In this document: in pieces, positions 39,765-51,179 of the stretch
Position numbering within the stretch: position 1 is the first letter of the stretch
Layout: every line of letters begins with the position of its first letter
Source of the DNA: Macrostomum hystrix
Lineage: Eukaryota > Animalia > Platyhelminthes
Direction of reading: 5' to 3'
Assembly: GCA_950097015.1 (NCBI GenBank)
Contig: CATNEN010000010.1
Coordinates: 2,356,001-2,420,000 of the forward strand
Length of the DNA: 64,000 nucleotides
Made by a program: the position numbers and the translations under genes
The notes under the pieces: generated by a model
What the model was told of the DNA's origin: nothing
Seen by the model: only the letters and a program-made list of their open reading frames with translations
The model's database searches: none

Positions 39765-40971
39765 TGGGCCGAGGAGCTCGCGGTAGAGGGGAAGAAAGCT
39801 GGATGGAAGAAAAGGATAGAGCAGGATCTACTGGTGCCCGCACCCGACTGCTGTGTTGCCCATCCACAGGCAGCTCGAATCTAGACACTGAGCTGCAGGC
39901 AATCGGCACGTATCATTTCCGTCTCACCGGCCAGGAGTATAGGGTGCAGTGCAAGCCTGCAATCTGTTGCCATGACAACAGCTTGTAGAATGCGACACGC
40001 CGCGGGCTTCTTGAGTGTCGTCGATTCCGCGCCACTGCCTCGCGTAGATAAAATCGGCAGCGATTTTTTTCTTTCAAGCGCGATCGAGCAGCCAGACAGA
40101 CCCCGATTAACAGCAGCAAGCACTGCCCTAGTGCAGGCCTCTCAAATTGCCGATCGTGCATGGTTACATATTGTTGTAGGATGTTCTTTCGGGACCGCGC
40201 ACACCGGCAACTGATCCATCAGGCGATCCCTCAGATTTTCACACTAAAATGCCCCCCGGGGTTCGTTTATGACGAATATCCGAAAAATGACATGACATAA
40301 ATATTAAAAAATGACGAGTGTGTATCCTTATGAGATTCATTTTGAATTAGCTCATGACACAGCAAAAATGACTGTTGCACTTTCATTTTGTCAAAAAGAT
40401 CAGTTTCGTCCAATTCCAGCTGCAACTCTCACGTCATATCTGCACTCATTATGATTTATCCGTGACATCGCCATTCATTGTTAATAACTTAATTAGACTA
40501 TTCGTAAGAAATTTTTGTGAATAAAAAACCTTCTATACAGTCGGATTTTAACGAAATGATATTCTAGAGGTAACTCACAGAAAAAAATATTTAAAGCTAT
40601 ATAGAATGAAAGATAATTCTGTGCATACATTTACAAAACTTGGCCTGTCAGGCTTCAACCCCTATAAAAAGCACAGCCGTCAGATTTGACACATTGTGCA
40701 GTCGTCATTTCTGTGCAAGAATACATTTCGTCATAATTTAACGCCATTGAAAAGCACAGCCGTCAGATTTGACACATTGTGCAGTCGTCATTTCTGTGCA
40801 AGAATACACTTAGTCATGTATTAACGCCGTTAGAAAGCTTGAAATAAAATAAATAAAAAAACATGTAGAAAATAGTTACTCAGACAGAGGCTCAAATTAA
40901 TTTGCAACACAAAAGAATTGTTGCTTTCGAAGAAATGATATATTAAAGATTAAAGATATATTAAAATTAAA

Positions 40972-41498
40972 GAACTGTGATTGAGATGACGCAAAAATTA
41001 GAGCTCAATACATGATGAAATATAATGAAACATTAAAGAACTGTGATTGAGATGACGCAAAATTAGAGCTCAATACATGATGAAATATAATGAAACATTA
41101 AAGAACTGTGATTGAGATGACGCAAAATTAGAGCTCAATACATGATGAAATATAATGAAACATTAAAGAACTGTGATTGAGATGACGCAAAATTAGAGCT
41201 CAATACATGATGAAATATAATGAAACATTAAAGAACTGTGATTGAGATGACGCAAAATTAGAGCTCAATACATGATGAAATATAATGAAACATTAAAGAA
41301 CTGTGATTGAGATAACGCAAAAATTAGAGCTCAATACATGATGAAATATAATGAAACATTAAAGAACTGTGATTGAGATGACGCAAAAATTAGAGCTCAA
41401 TACATGATGAAATATAATTAAACATTAAAGAACTGTGATTGAGATGACGCAAAAATTAGAGCTCAATACATGATGAAATATAATGAAACATTAAAGAA
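40972..41498 (+). repeat. 65-66-bp tandem repeat, about 8 copies
   Basis: GAACTGTGATTGAGATGACGCAAAATTAGAGCTCAATAC... starts at 40972, 41038, 41103, 41168 and onward. Confidence 0.95.
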
Positions 41499-42339
41499 CC
41501 AGTGAACGAGATTACGAAAAGCATTTGAGCCCGAAACGAAACGCCATTAGATACATTATGAAAAACGAAACGGAACGAAAGCAGTAAATTAGTAAATTAT
41601 TAGCGATTGCTTGAACGATGTCAAGTAGGCTTTTCGTACTGTCGGTGCCGATTCCAGAACCAGAACCATTTTGTCAATTATAACTTTTCAGCACCTAGAT
41701 GAGAAATAGTCGAGAGATATTCAGAAACTTTTGAGAAAGATTGACTATAATAATAAAAGTGGCTAAAAATCGTATAAAATCGAATCTTCTTGCTTTATCG
41801 TGTTATTAACAGTCATTAGTTATAACGCTATTTTTCTTGTATAATTCTGGTTCTGGAATCGCTTCGTGAAAAGCCTCATGAATGCTAGTGAATTTTTCTT
41901 AGAAGCCTTAGACAATTTTAGGTTCATTAACGTTGACTTATTGCTTTACACAGTCAGCGCTTAGGATTTTAGCTAATAGCTCGTATAATATCAAATATTT
42001 TATGCAACTTTGCTAGAAAAGTTTAGACGTTTAAAAAAATGTGTTAAACTCGCAAAAACAGAACTTTTCGAACATAGAAAATTACGAGTATCTTGGTGAT
42101 TGCAATCACGATCAATGGCACATGACAAAAAACGACACTACTTTTTTCTCCATTTTGAGCTTCTAATTTGGTAGTTAAATGATTAGCATGATTTTATGGA
42201 TACAGCATGAGTGAAATTATGCTTGCTTTAGTTTGGAGTTTCTAATATTCCCTTTACTGTGCAAATAAGTACAGGAACCATTTTGACGATTCCAGAAGTG
42301 AAAAAATGTACTACAGGTTGAGTTATTGTTAAAAACAGA

Positions 42340-45300
42340 CTACGACTTAGCTATATTTAGTCGATTCACTTTGCTTAACATCAGGCTTTGTCGTGCTGAG
42401 TTCATTCCCGCCAACAGAACAGGATCATTACTGCAGTCAGCAGAGGCGTCAGTCGGACTAAACGGTTTCACGTTTTTGTAAGTTATCCACTCTCGAGTAG
42501 GTGGTTCCTCGAAAAACTGAACATGCAGAAAATGATTGCCACTGGAAGCAATGCGAGAAAAAGCGTTACTTTTTTGCTCGCGGCAAACTAGTGCTGGCCA
42601 CCAAGGAAAACTTTTTAGTTTTGCCAAGACGACGTCACCCTCTGCAAACGTTCGCGGTTGTTCCTGCTCCTGCACTAGCGTTGACTGATCATTTGGATGA
42701 ATTAGTGATGATACTATTCTTGAAATGGCTTGCGCCTTTGAACGTCTTCCATGATTAATAGTTTTGAAGGTCTTCGGATCCTGCGACTTGGCTCGATTCT
42801 TGCGGACTTTAGTACTGATCTGGCGGCTTAGGTGAACTCGCTTAGATGCACCTTTGCTAGCTGCAGTTTTACTTTTCTTCATATCAGCATTCTGTGCCTC
42901 ACTGACAAACTCAGGAGTCCTCACTTCGACTTCAGACTCTAGAGCCACCTGGCTCACTTCTTTGCATGGCTCTGAAAGAGCGATATCGAAAAGCTCTTTT
43001 GCAACTTTTTCACCTTCTTTGGCTAGACTAGACGTAGTAGCCATGTAGCTTTGCACTGCTACTTGCTTTGTATGATTCATTCGCTTGTGCAGTACACTTT
43101 GCTTTTCTTCGTTTAGGTGCTCTCGACCTTTTGTGGTGAAAAAGTGTCGAAAAAATTTGACGTCGAACTGCTTCAGATCGTTCAAGATCGGGTAAGTGCG
43201 GCGTAGACTACGCAGGAAAGTCGAAAAGGAGTGGCCCGCGACTTGACGACCGTAATCGAAGAAAAAATCTGAGAGAACAGCGCCACAATTCAGCCTGAAC
43301 TCACCATAGGCCAGCAAGCTTTCCTTAACTTCAGAAACAGATACGAAAATAGCACCTTGTGTCGAGGTTTTATGGTCCACAACCTCAAACATGGCATCGG
43401 GATCGTTCTCCAAATCCCTCTTCCACTCGAAAAATTGCTCCATCTTTGCGTTCGACACAGCGTCCGCGCGATGAAAGTTTGCTTTGCCGAAAATGAAGTG
43501 AAGGCCAAGGAACAAAAGATGCTGTTGAGATCCAACAGACGTCGATTCGGCGGCTTTTCGAAAGAACTCAAGGACGTTTAAGCAAACATTTAGTTCGTTC
43601 ACAGAAAGAAGGCTCTTGTCTAATTTGCGCCTGCGCTTTGCTTCGGCGATTTTTTTGTCGCGGACTCTGGACTTTCCGTAACTATGACATGTGCATAGAA
43701 ATGATTCTAAGTCACTTGACAATCCGTTGCTGGAAACAAGCCTTGAGAATGAGCTCTTTAGATATTGGCCAAAGCGCTTTAATCCTTCAACGTAGGACTT
43801 CGTGCCGTCGGAGAATGAATTGGATTTGCCAGTTAGGAAGACGGTTATTTGAGAGCGATGCTTCTCTCTAATAATCTCTAGTGGTCGAACAACTCCAAGA
43901 ACCGACATAATTTTATCGAGAGACCTTCGTGACTGCTTAGCAGTTGACTCGGCAAATTTCCCACCACTAAACAACCTTAGATGATTGTAGAAACTTTCCG
44001 AAGTTGGCTCAGAACTCCATTCTTCTTCAGCTGCAGCAGATGAACTAGCGTGCGCAGATTTCGCCATCCAGCTACTTGAAACATATGACGAGACGATTTT
44101 CTCCTTCACTCCAGCAATGCACTCTTTTGCTTCTTCGGAGCTCATTTTGTGCCAGTTTTTCAGGTGGCTTGAAATGTTAGTCACAGGGATTTCACAGCGT
44201 GGACAAACACCAACTGCATTTGAAGATGTGGCTATCAGATGTTCTTCTTTATCTTCATCTGTCGATTCAGTTGAGTTTTCGACATCAAGCGACTTCTGCA
44301 GTTCACAGTCCCTCGGCATCTGTGTAGTAGAACTCTGTGCATCTTCGGCAGCAAGAAACTGGATAGTAAATCTCTTACTTTTTTCAATGAGACTCTTGCG
44401 GCCCTCAGATCTGAGCTCGTCGGCATGAAATAGCTTGTAGTGTTCTAGAAATCTGGATTTTTTTATTAAATGACACTTGTCTAAGTGGCACCTGTAATCC
44501 TTGCCTTGTCGCTTTGTTGATTTGTCGGTATTCCTCTTAACTTTATGCAGCTTACCAAATCGCTTTTCGTTGAATGAAATTAACTCCTCTCTAAGGTCAT
44601 CAAAGGAAGCATATTCCAACATCTGAGCTTCATGCTTCCTAAAAAAATGTTGCCTAATTCTTGATGCCTTAATAATGTGCGTTGGATCGACATGACATAC
44701 ATAGTCAACGCCTTGACGCGGCTTCAATATAGTCCTTTTGGAACTGGCAATGTTTCCGATCGATCGAAGAGACTTGTCCATTTTCACACAGCGATTATCA
44801 TCGATTGTGAAGCAGATAAGGTCACCTTTACCTTCCAACAAAGCAGGCTGCAGACGGAAAATACTCGATGATAGAGACTGTGATGCCTCATCAGCGTCGA
44901 GGTCACAGTCGGTTTCATTGTAGAGCCGGACTTTTGAATTACTATTTGCACCTACTTTCCTCTTACTGACTTGGCTTGTCACTTGTACCTGATCAGACGC
45001 GGCAGTAAGCGACGCCTTCAGGTCGATGACTTGGACTCCATCTTGCACCTGATCAGACGCGGCAGTAAGCGACGCCTTCAGGTCGATGACTTGGACTCCA
45101 TCTTGCACCTGATCAGACGCGACAGTAAGCGACGCCTTCGGGTTGATGACTTGGACTCCATCTTGCACCTGATCAGACGCGGCAATCAGTGGCGCCTTCG
45201 GGTCGATGACTTGGACTCCATCTTGCACCTGATCAGACGCGACAATCAGTGGCGCCTTCGGGTCGATGACTTGGACTCCATCTTGCACCTGATCAGACGC

Positions 45301-45735
45301 GGCAGTAAGCGACGCCTTCGGGTCGATGACTTGGACTCCATCTTGCACCTGATCAGACGCGGCAATCAGTGGCGCCTTCGGGTCGATGACTTGGACTCCA
45401 TCTTGCACCTGATCAGACGCGGCAATCAGTGGCGCCTTCGGGTCGATGACTTGGACTCCATCTTGCACCTGATCAGACGCGGCAATCAGTGGCGCCTTCG
45501 GGTCGATGACTTGGACTCCATCTTGCACCTGATCAGACGCGGCAATCAGTGGCGCCTTCGGGTCGATGACTTGGACTCCATCTTGCATTTGTTTAGACTG
45601 TGGATCATCAAATAGAAGATTTTGCATCTCTAGCATTGAAATTGGTGCATCGTTTAGGAGATGTTGAAGCAGGCTTGTGGATGCATCTGGAGGCTTGCGT
45701 GCTGGCCGATTAGGTGACCAATGATTGGATTCCAT
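42340..45735 (-). CDS. Zinc-finger / tyrosine recombinase / PWWP fusion protein (about 1131 aa)
   Basis: First in-frame ATG is 45735, after a TTTCGCTCTTCAG acceptor. C2H2-like fingers; recombinase motifs NFHR (R), HKT (K), KFFRH (R), MNH-x8-Y; C-terminal GDVVLAKLKSFPWWPALV..HVQFFEEPPTREWI (PWWP). Confidence 0.85.
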   Translation of the reverse strand: MESNHWSPNRPARKPPDASTSLLQHLLNDAPISMLEMQNLLFDDPQSKQMQDGVQVIDPKAPLIAASDQVQDGVQVIDPKAPLIAASDQVQDGVQVIDPKAPLIAASDQVQDGVQVIDPKAPLIAASDQVQDGVQVIDPKASLTAASDQVQDGVQVIDPKAPLIVASDQVQDGVQVIDPKAPLIAASDQVQDGVQVINPKASLTVASDQVQDGVQVIDLKASLTAASDQVQDGVQVIDLKASLTAASDQVQVTSQVSKRKVGANSNSKVRLYNETDCDLDADEASQSLSSSIFRLQPALLEGKGDLICFTIDDNRCVKMDKSLRSIGNIASSKRTILKPRQGVDYVCHVDPTHIIKASRIRQHFFRKHEAQMLEYASFDDLREELISFNEKRFGKLHKVKRNTDKSTKRQGKDYRCHLDKCHLIKKSRFLEHYKLFHADELRSEGRKSLIEKSKRFTIQFLAAEDAQSSTTQMPRDCELQKSLDVENSTESTDEDKEEHLIATSSNAVGVCPRCEIPVTNISSHLKNWHKMSSEEAKECIAGVKEKIVSSYVSSSWMAKSAHASSSAAAEEEWSSEPTSESFYNHLRLFSGGKFAESTAKQSRRSLDKIMSVLGVVRPLEIIREKHRSQITVFLTGKSNSFSDGTKSYVEGLKRFGQYLKSSFSRLVSSNGLSSDLESFLCTCHSYGKSRVRDKKIAEAKRRRKLDKSLLSVNELNVCLNVLEFFRKAAESTSVGSQQHLLFLGLHFIFGKANFHRADAVSNAKMEQFFEWKRDLENDPDAMFEVVDHKTSTQGAIFVSVSEVKESLLAYGEFRLNCGAVLSDFFFDYGRQVAGHSFSTFLRSLRRTYPILNDLKQFDVKFFRHFFTTKGREHLNEEKQSVLHKRMNHTKQVAVQSYMATTSSLAKEGEKVAKELFDIALSEPCKEVSQVALESEVEVRTPEFVSEAQNADMKKSKTAASKGASKRVHLSRQISTKVRKNRAKSQDPKTFKTINHGRRSKAQAISRIVSSLIHPNDQSTLVQEQEQPRTFAEGDVVLAKLKSFPWWPALVCREQKSNAFSRIASSGNHFLHVQFFEEPPTREWITYKNVKPFSPTDASADCSNDPVLLAGMNSARQSLMLSKVNRLNIAKS
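44985..45590 (-). repeat. Coding 60-bp repeat x10 (QDGVQVID(P/L)KA(P/S)L(I/T)AASDQV)
   Basis: In frame in the N-terminus of the recombinase ORF. Confidence 0.96.
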
Positions 45736-45877
45736 CGCTGAAGAGCGAAATGAAAACCGAATTAGACTGAATTTAGTTGCTTCTTCAGACTGCTGTTCAC
45801 ACACATGTGGTAATTGTACGATGTGAAAATCTCAGATTTTCGGGTTGAGACATTGAGTTGCTAATTTAAGTTGAGTT

Positions 45878-46632
45878 GCAGTCTCACAGAACACACAGAG
45901 GTCATATTTTCTAAAATGTGCAACCGTCACTTTTGCAGTCTCACAGAACACACAGAGGTCATATTTTCTAAAATGTGCAACCGTCACTTTTGCAGTCTCA
46001 TAGAACACACAGAGGTCATATTTTCTAAAATGTACTACCGTCACTTTTGCAGTCTCACAGAACACACAGAGGTCATATTTTCTAAAATGTGCAACCGTCA
46101 CTTTTGCAGTCTCACAGAACACACAGAGGTCATATTTTCTAAAATGTGCAACCGTCACTTTTGCAGTCTCACAGAACACACAGAGGTCATATTTTCTAAA
46201 ATGTGCAACTGTCACTTTTGCAGTCTCATAGAACACACAGAGGTCATATTTTCTAAAATGTGCAACCGTCACTTTTGCAGTCTCATAGAACACACAGAGG
46301 TCATATTTTCTAAAATGTGCAACCGTCACTTTTGCAGTCTCACAAAACACACAGAGGTCATATTTTCTAAAATGTGCAACCGTCACTTTTGCAGTCTCAC
46401 AGAACACACAGAGGTCATATTTTCTAAAATGTGCAACCGTCACTTTTGCAGTCTCATAGAACACACAGAGGTCATATTTTCTAAAATGTGCAACCGTCAC
46501 TTTTGCAGTCTCATAGAACACACAGAGGTCATATTTTCTAAAATGTGCAACCGTCACTTTTGCAGTCTCATAGAACACACAGAGGTCATATTTTCTAAAA
46601 TGTGCAACCGTCACTTTTGCAGTCTCACAGAA
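45878..46632 (+). repeat. 57-bp tandem repeat, about 13 copies
   Basis: GCAGTCTCACAGAACACACAGAGGTCATATTTTCTAAAATGTGCAACCGTCACTTTT units. Confidence 0.97.
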
Positions 46633-48574
46633 CAAATTTCTAGGTCTCTAATTGTCTCAAAAATCTTTTTGAAAGATACCAATGGCTCTCTTATAGACCA
46701 TTTCAGTATTCAATTAGGCAATATTATCCTGGAATGTTTATGTTACTAGGTAATACTATCCAAGACATAGCTTTATAATATTTTCATTTGTACTAATGTT
46801 AAGAATTCTAAAGTTAGCTAATATCCATATTGCCAATACAAAGCATATTTATGGTCAAAAGTCTGACAATACAGGAAGTGCTTTAAAATAATATGCATTC
46901 AATGTTTAAAAAATTGCTACCAAGCTATCAATACTAGGATTCAAGTCAAGATATTGCTTATTTACCTGTCTTCAATTTATATAATATAAACACTATCACT
47001 ATCTAGATAGCAAGATAACTAGCATAGAGGTCTTAAGTTGGATTATACTATCCACAAAGGAATGACTAGCTTTAGAGTTGGTCAATGTCATATAAACCAT
47101 ACCAAAAACATATAGACTTATTGCAAAGCAATGTTTTGGCAAATACATGGCATATTAGAAAGAAAGTCATACCTATAAAAATACCTCTTAATGTGAAGTT
47201 CTAGCAGAATGCTTTTGGTAACTTATTTTTCTGGGTACCAACTATTACCATGCTTAACACTCATAAGATATATAATCAATGCAATGATTAAACCATAAAA
47301 AAATTTGGCTGCCAACATAGCCAACACCAGCTATACTATAAATAGAAAAAACTTAATAAAGTGTTAGAATTAGAACTTATCAAGTTTTTATATATATAAT
47401 TTCATACTTTATTAACCAAAATGTCCTTAGTAAATGATCTACCTAACATACTCTGTTTCAAATGCCTTTATAATTTACATACTTAAACTTTACTAGATTG
47501 CTATTGACTTATTGAACTTTAAACCAAAATTATTCGCATTGAGCCTATATAATCTCAATAACCCATATTATCTATAATGTACTTATTGAAGGTCTTATCA
47601 TATATAGAAAAGTTTATCCTAGAAAAAAAGTTACAAAATTGCTATTAGGACCGTCAAAAGCCTATCTAGCAACAGAATGCTGACTATAGAAAGTTAGGAT
47701 ATAGATTTTAGATGCATGCACCCTGCAGTTCAAGCCCACATTATTATTTAAACAACTTTAGCTATTATTAGGCCAAAGGAAAAAGTTCCACACAGAGAAG
47801 AAAGGAAAGGAAAAGTAATTAAAATTGGTCGTCGAAGCCAATGTGTGAGGACCATCTCTCATGTGTAAGGACCAAGTTAGTAGCACTAGGTTTTAGCAAC
47901 GTCTAGCAATCTCTATCGACCTAGAAGCGTGCTGTAGTTTGAAAAAAACTACTTAATATTTGCAATATGTTCTTATACAATTAGTTAAGTAATATAAAAC
48001 AAAAAATGTAATTACTAAAACTAAATTAAGCAAAAGCCATTAAAATTAAAATCAGGAAACACTCTTCTTTGTTTAACCGTAAATAAAATGTTAAAGCCGT
48101 CAGCGTGTGTCATTTTGTCAGATTTTGTTCTGCTTGTGTCATGGGTCAATATTTTCTGTCCACGTCATATTTTTTTGCTCTAATAGACCGCTTCTTTATC
48201 ATCCTATGGCTTTCTTACTGCAGCACATGATAGAAGGCATGGAAAGGCTCGTGGTTCACGTGGTTTTAAGTAAAAATGTTGTTCGTCATTTTTTATGACT
48301 CAGAAAAAATGACGTTTTTGCTAAAATCTTACTTTATGACACATTCTGTCGTCATATTTAAGAAAAATCGTCAGAAACGTACCATTAGGGGCTCTCGTCT
48401 CAATCTATACGGGGCAAGCACTGGCTATCATCCCTGCTGGCCACACAGGCCAATTCCAGGTTTCAAGGAGAGTTTTCTGCGCCAAGCTTAACACAACTTG
48501 GTCGGCTAAAACATTTACTTACAAAGCGATTTTGAGTTGAGCAACAGGAAACAGGGCTGTCCAAAATAAGGGTC

Positions 48575-48895
48575 AGTTGGTTCAGCAGGATTAGCGGGAG
48601 TTGGTTCAGCAGGATTAGCGGGAGTTGGTTCAGCAGGATTAGCGGGAGTTGGTTCAGCAGGATTAACGGGAGTTGGTTCAGCAGGATTAAGGTCAGTGGG
48701 TTCAGCAGGATTAACAGGAGTTGGCTCAGCAGGATTATGGTCAGTTGGTTCAGCAGGATTAAGACAGTGGACTCAGCAGGATTAAGGCAGTGGGTGCAGC
48801 AGGATTAAGGCAGTGGTTTAAGCAGGATTAAGGCAGTGGGTGCAGCAGGATTTAGACAGTGGACTCAGCAGGATTAAGGCAGTGGGTGCAGCAGG
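48575..48895 (+). repeat. 22-24-bp minisatellite (GG(T/G)TCAGCAGGATTA core), about 14 copies
   Basis: Tandem units that drift from a 24-bp to a 22-bp variant. Confidence 0.9.
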
Positions 48896-49423
48896 CCCCA
48901 TTCTCCAGCAGTCTGATTTCTGATACACAGCAGAAGCTGAAAACAACAGAGGCAGTTAGGAAACGCAGCCCGGCAAGCGGGTTGGCGTGTTTTATCCAGG
49001 CTGCCGCAGTCAGCATATTGCACAGACAGTTCCGCAGATGGCACAGGAGAGTTCATCCCGTGGCCGCCATTCTCTGGTGCTCACAAGCCAGGCAGCAGGC
49101 GTTAGCAAATCCATAAACAAATTTATATTTTGAAAATCGATTTAAACGCAGCACTTGGGCAAAGGTAAATCAGAGCAAGGGGACGCACTCGGGAAAGGCA
49201 ATACAAATAGCCAAGGGAGAATTTTCCAGCGGAGGACGGCAGATCCAACCGGTAAAGTTTTTTCATTGTGTCAATTCAACTTCAAGTCGCTGCAGCGGAT
49301 ACAAAAATGATGAGTGAATGAGGGGATATGAGCTCTGCCGAGCTGGAGCAGGGGGCAACGCTAATTCAACAGGGAGAACACAGATCAAGTTCTGGCCGAT
49401 GCCGAGCTCGCAAAGGCGATGCC

Positions 49424-50635
49424 TTACGCCTCCGACTCGCCCTGTGCCGGCGCCTCCTGCGGGTTGAGGCAGACAGGCCAATATTGTAAAACATACATGC
49501 ACGTTACTTGCTACTGATAAGTAGAGGAGGGCGCTTAGGCTCGTGTTGAACCTGGTTCTTATACTCTTATAGCCATAGCCAAAATAGCCAAAAACATTTT
49601 AAATGTTCCTTACCTCTCCGGACTGGTTGCGTCCTCCAATATAGTTTCCGCGTCTCCTGCGCCCTCCGCCTCTGCGCCACTGGCCGCCGCGGCTGCGGTA
49701 GCCGCCTCGCTCATGAAACTCGGGCTCCGGTTGCTGCATACGGGGATGAAAAACGGCCCCGCCACCACCGCGGCTGGGTCCGGCGGCAACTGGCGTCATG
49801 TTGTAGGGCCGACGGCGAGGCGGCGAAATACCACCGCGAACTGGTGGCGGAGGCGGCTGGTCCGGCAGGCTCGGCTGCAACAAAGCCAACAAGCGATTGT
49901 GAATGGCGGTTGAATACAGTGCGTGGGACTGTGGGAATAGAGTGGATGATACTGGGGATCTGGGCATAGAGTGGACGAGACTGGGATCTGGAAATATAGA
50001 GTGGATGAGACTGGGGATCTGGGAATAGAGTGGATGATACTGGGGATCTGGGAATAGAGTGGATGATACTGGGGATCTGGGTATAGAGTGGATGAGACTG
50101 GGGATCTGGGTATAGAGTGGATGAGACTGGGGATCTGGGGATAGAGTGGATGAGACTGGGGATCTGGGAATCAAGTGAAAATGTACTGGCTGACAGAATA
50201 GCAATAGAAATACAAGGGCTGTGCCTAATCTTCCGCATTCCTCATATACAGTTCCTCACCGGCGGGCCGCCTGCCCCACTGTAGGGATTGCCATAGGGCC
50301 TTCTGCCACCACCGCTGCCGCCTCGTCTGTCGCCTCCTTGGAAGCGTCGACCGTTGCGGTAGCCGCCGCGTTGTCGGCCGCGCCTGTCGGAGGCATACTC
50401 GCTGCCCTGCACCGCGGAGCCGCCTGGCCCCGTGACATTCGTGGCCTCGTGACCTTTGGGCCCCTGCACAACGTCAAACTCGACGCGCTCGTTTTCGCCA
50501 ACGCTGCGCTGCCACTTGGCCGGGTTGTTCTTCACTATGGAGGACTGGTGCACGAACACGTCCTCCTTGGTGTCGTCCCGGTTGATGAAGCCGTAGCCAT
50601 TTTTCACATTGAACCACTTGACTGTGCCAGACACA
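49424..50635 (-). CDS. YBX1: Y-box binding (cold-shock domain) protein, 5' exon not identified
   Basis: Phase-compatible exons 50635-50260 ([58 protein letters not shown]), 49874-49614 (Pro/RGG-rich) and 49456-49424 ([10 protein letters not shown]). The symbol is the family representative. Confidence 0.9.
49935..50170 (+). repeat. 29-bp minisatellite in a Y-box intron, about 8 copies
   Basis: AGAGTGGATGA(G/T)ACTGGGGATCTGGG(A/T)AT units. Confidence 0.93.
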
Positions 50636-50946
50636 CTGGAGGCTGGTGGGGCAGTGATAAGCAGCAGGGAAACATGTTGTTGAGGATACTTTTATAGTGT
50701 AAAAATGGCATAGTAAAAAATACATGCAATAATTTTCTTATTTGGTCAATCTAAAACCAGCTGCAAAAGCTGCTCTTGTCAACCCAAAGTATACCTAAGT
50801 AATCTATTTGGAGGGGCCATGACACAAAATTACACCTACCAACATATTTAATCAGTGATTCTTGCTTTCTAACGATAGAAAGTCATATTAGCTTTTTAGT
50901 AGGTGTAGCTAAAGTGGACTATCTCAGTTATGGTCCTGGAGGCTTT

Positions 50947-51179
50947 CAGTGGCGGCGCAGGACCTCCAGCTGGGGGGGGGCGGTGGTTGGGTGGTCACCC
51001 CCCAGACACCAAAAAAAAGGTCTCAGGTGACCACCCCCATGCCCCATGGGGTGACAACACTTTTGAAAAAAGATGGTAAAGTACCAATTTTTTTTAAGTG
51101 GGTGGTCACCCCCTGAGGGTGGTGAGGGGTGGTCACCCGGGGGCAGCCTGCCCCCCCGCCCCCCCCTGCACCGCCACTG
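50947..51179. mobile_element. 233-bp hAT-type MITE
   Basis: 15-bp TIR CAGTGGCGG(C/T)GCAGG and a perfect 8-bp TSD GAGGCTTT (50939-46, 51180-87). Confidence 0.92.

Larger units (their letters stand above)
40251..48392 (-). mobile_element. Putative ~8.1-kb tyrosine-recombinase (Crypton-like) element
   Basis: Recombinase ORF; imperfect terminal inverted repeat (19/25 identical, 40251-40275 versus 48368-48392); TGAC(G) clusters at both ends; two internal tandem arrays. The boundaries are inferred. Confidence 0.55.

Noticed and set aside
40241-40245. CACTA just outside the proposed left end of the recombinase element
   Set aside because: There is no matching TAGTG at the right end, no 3-bp TSD and no EnSpm transposase.
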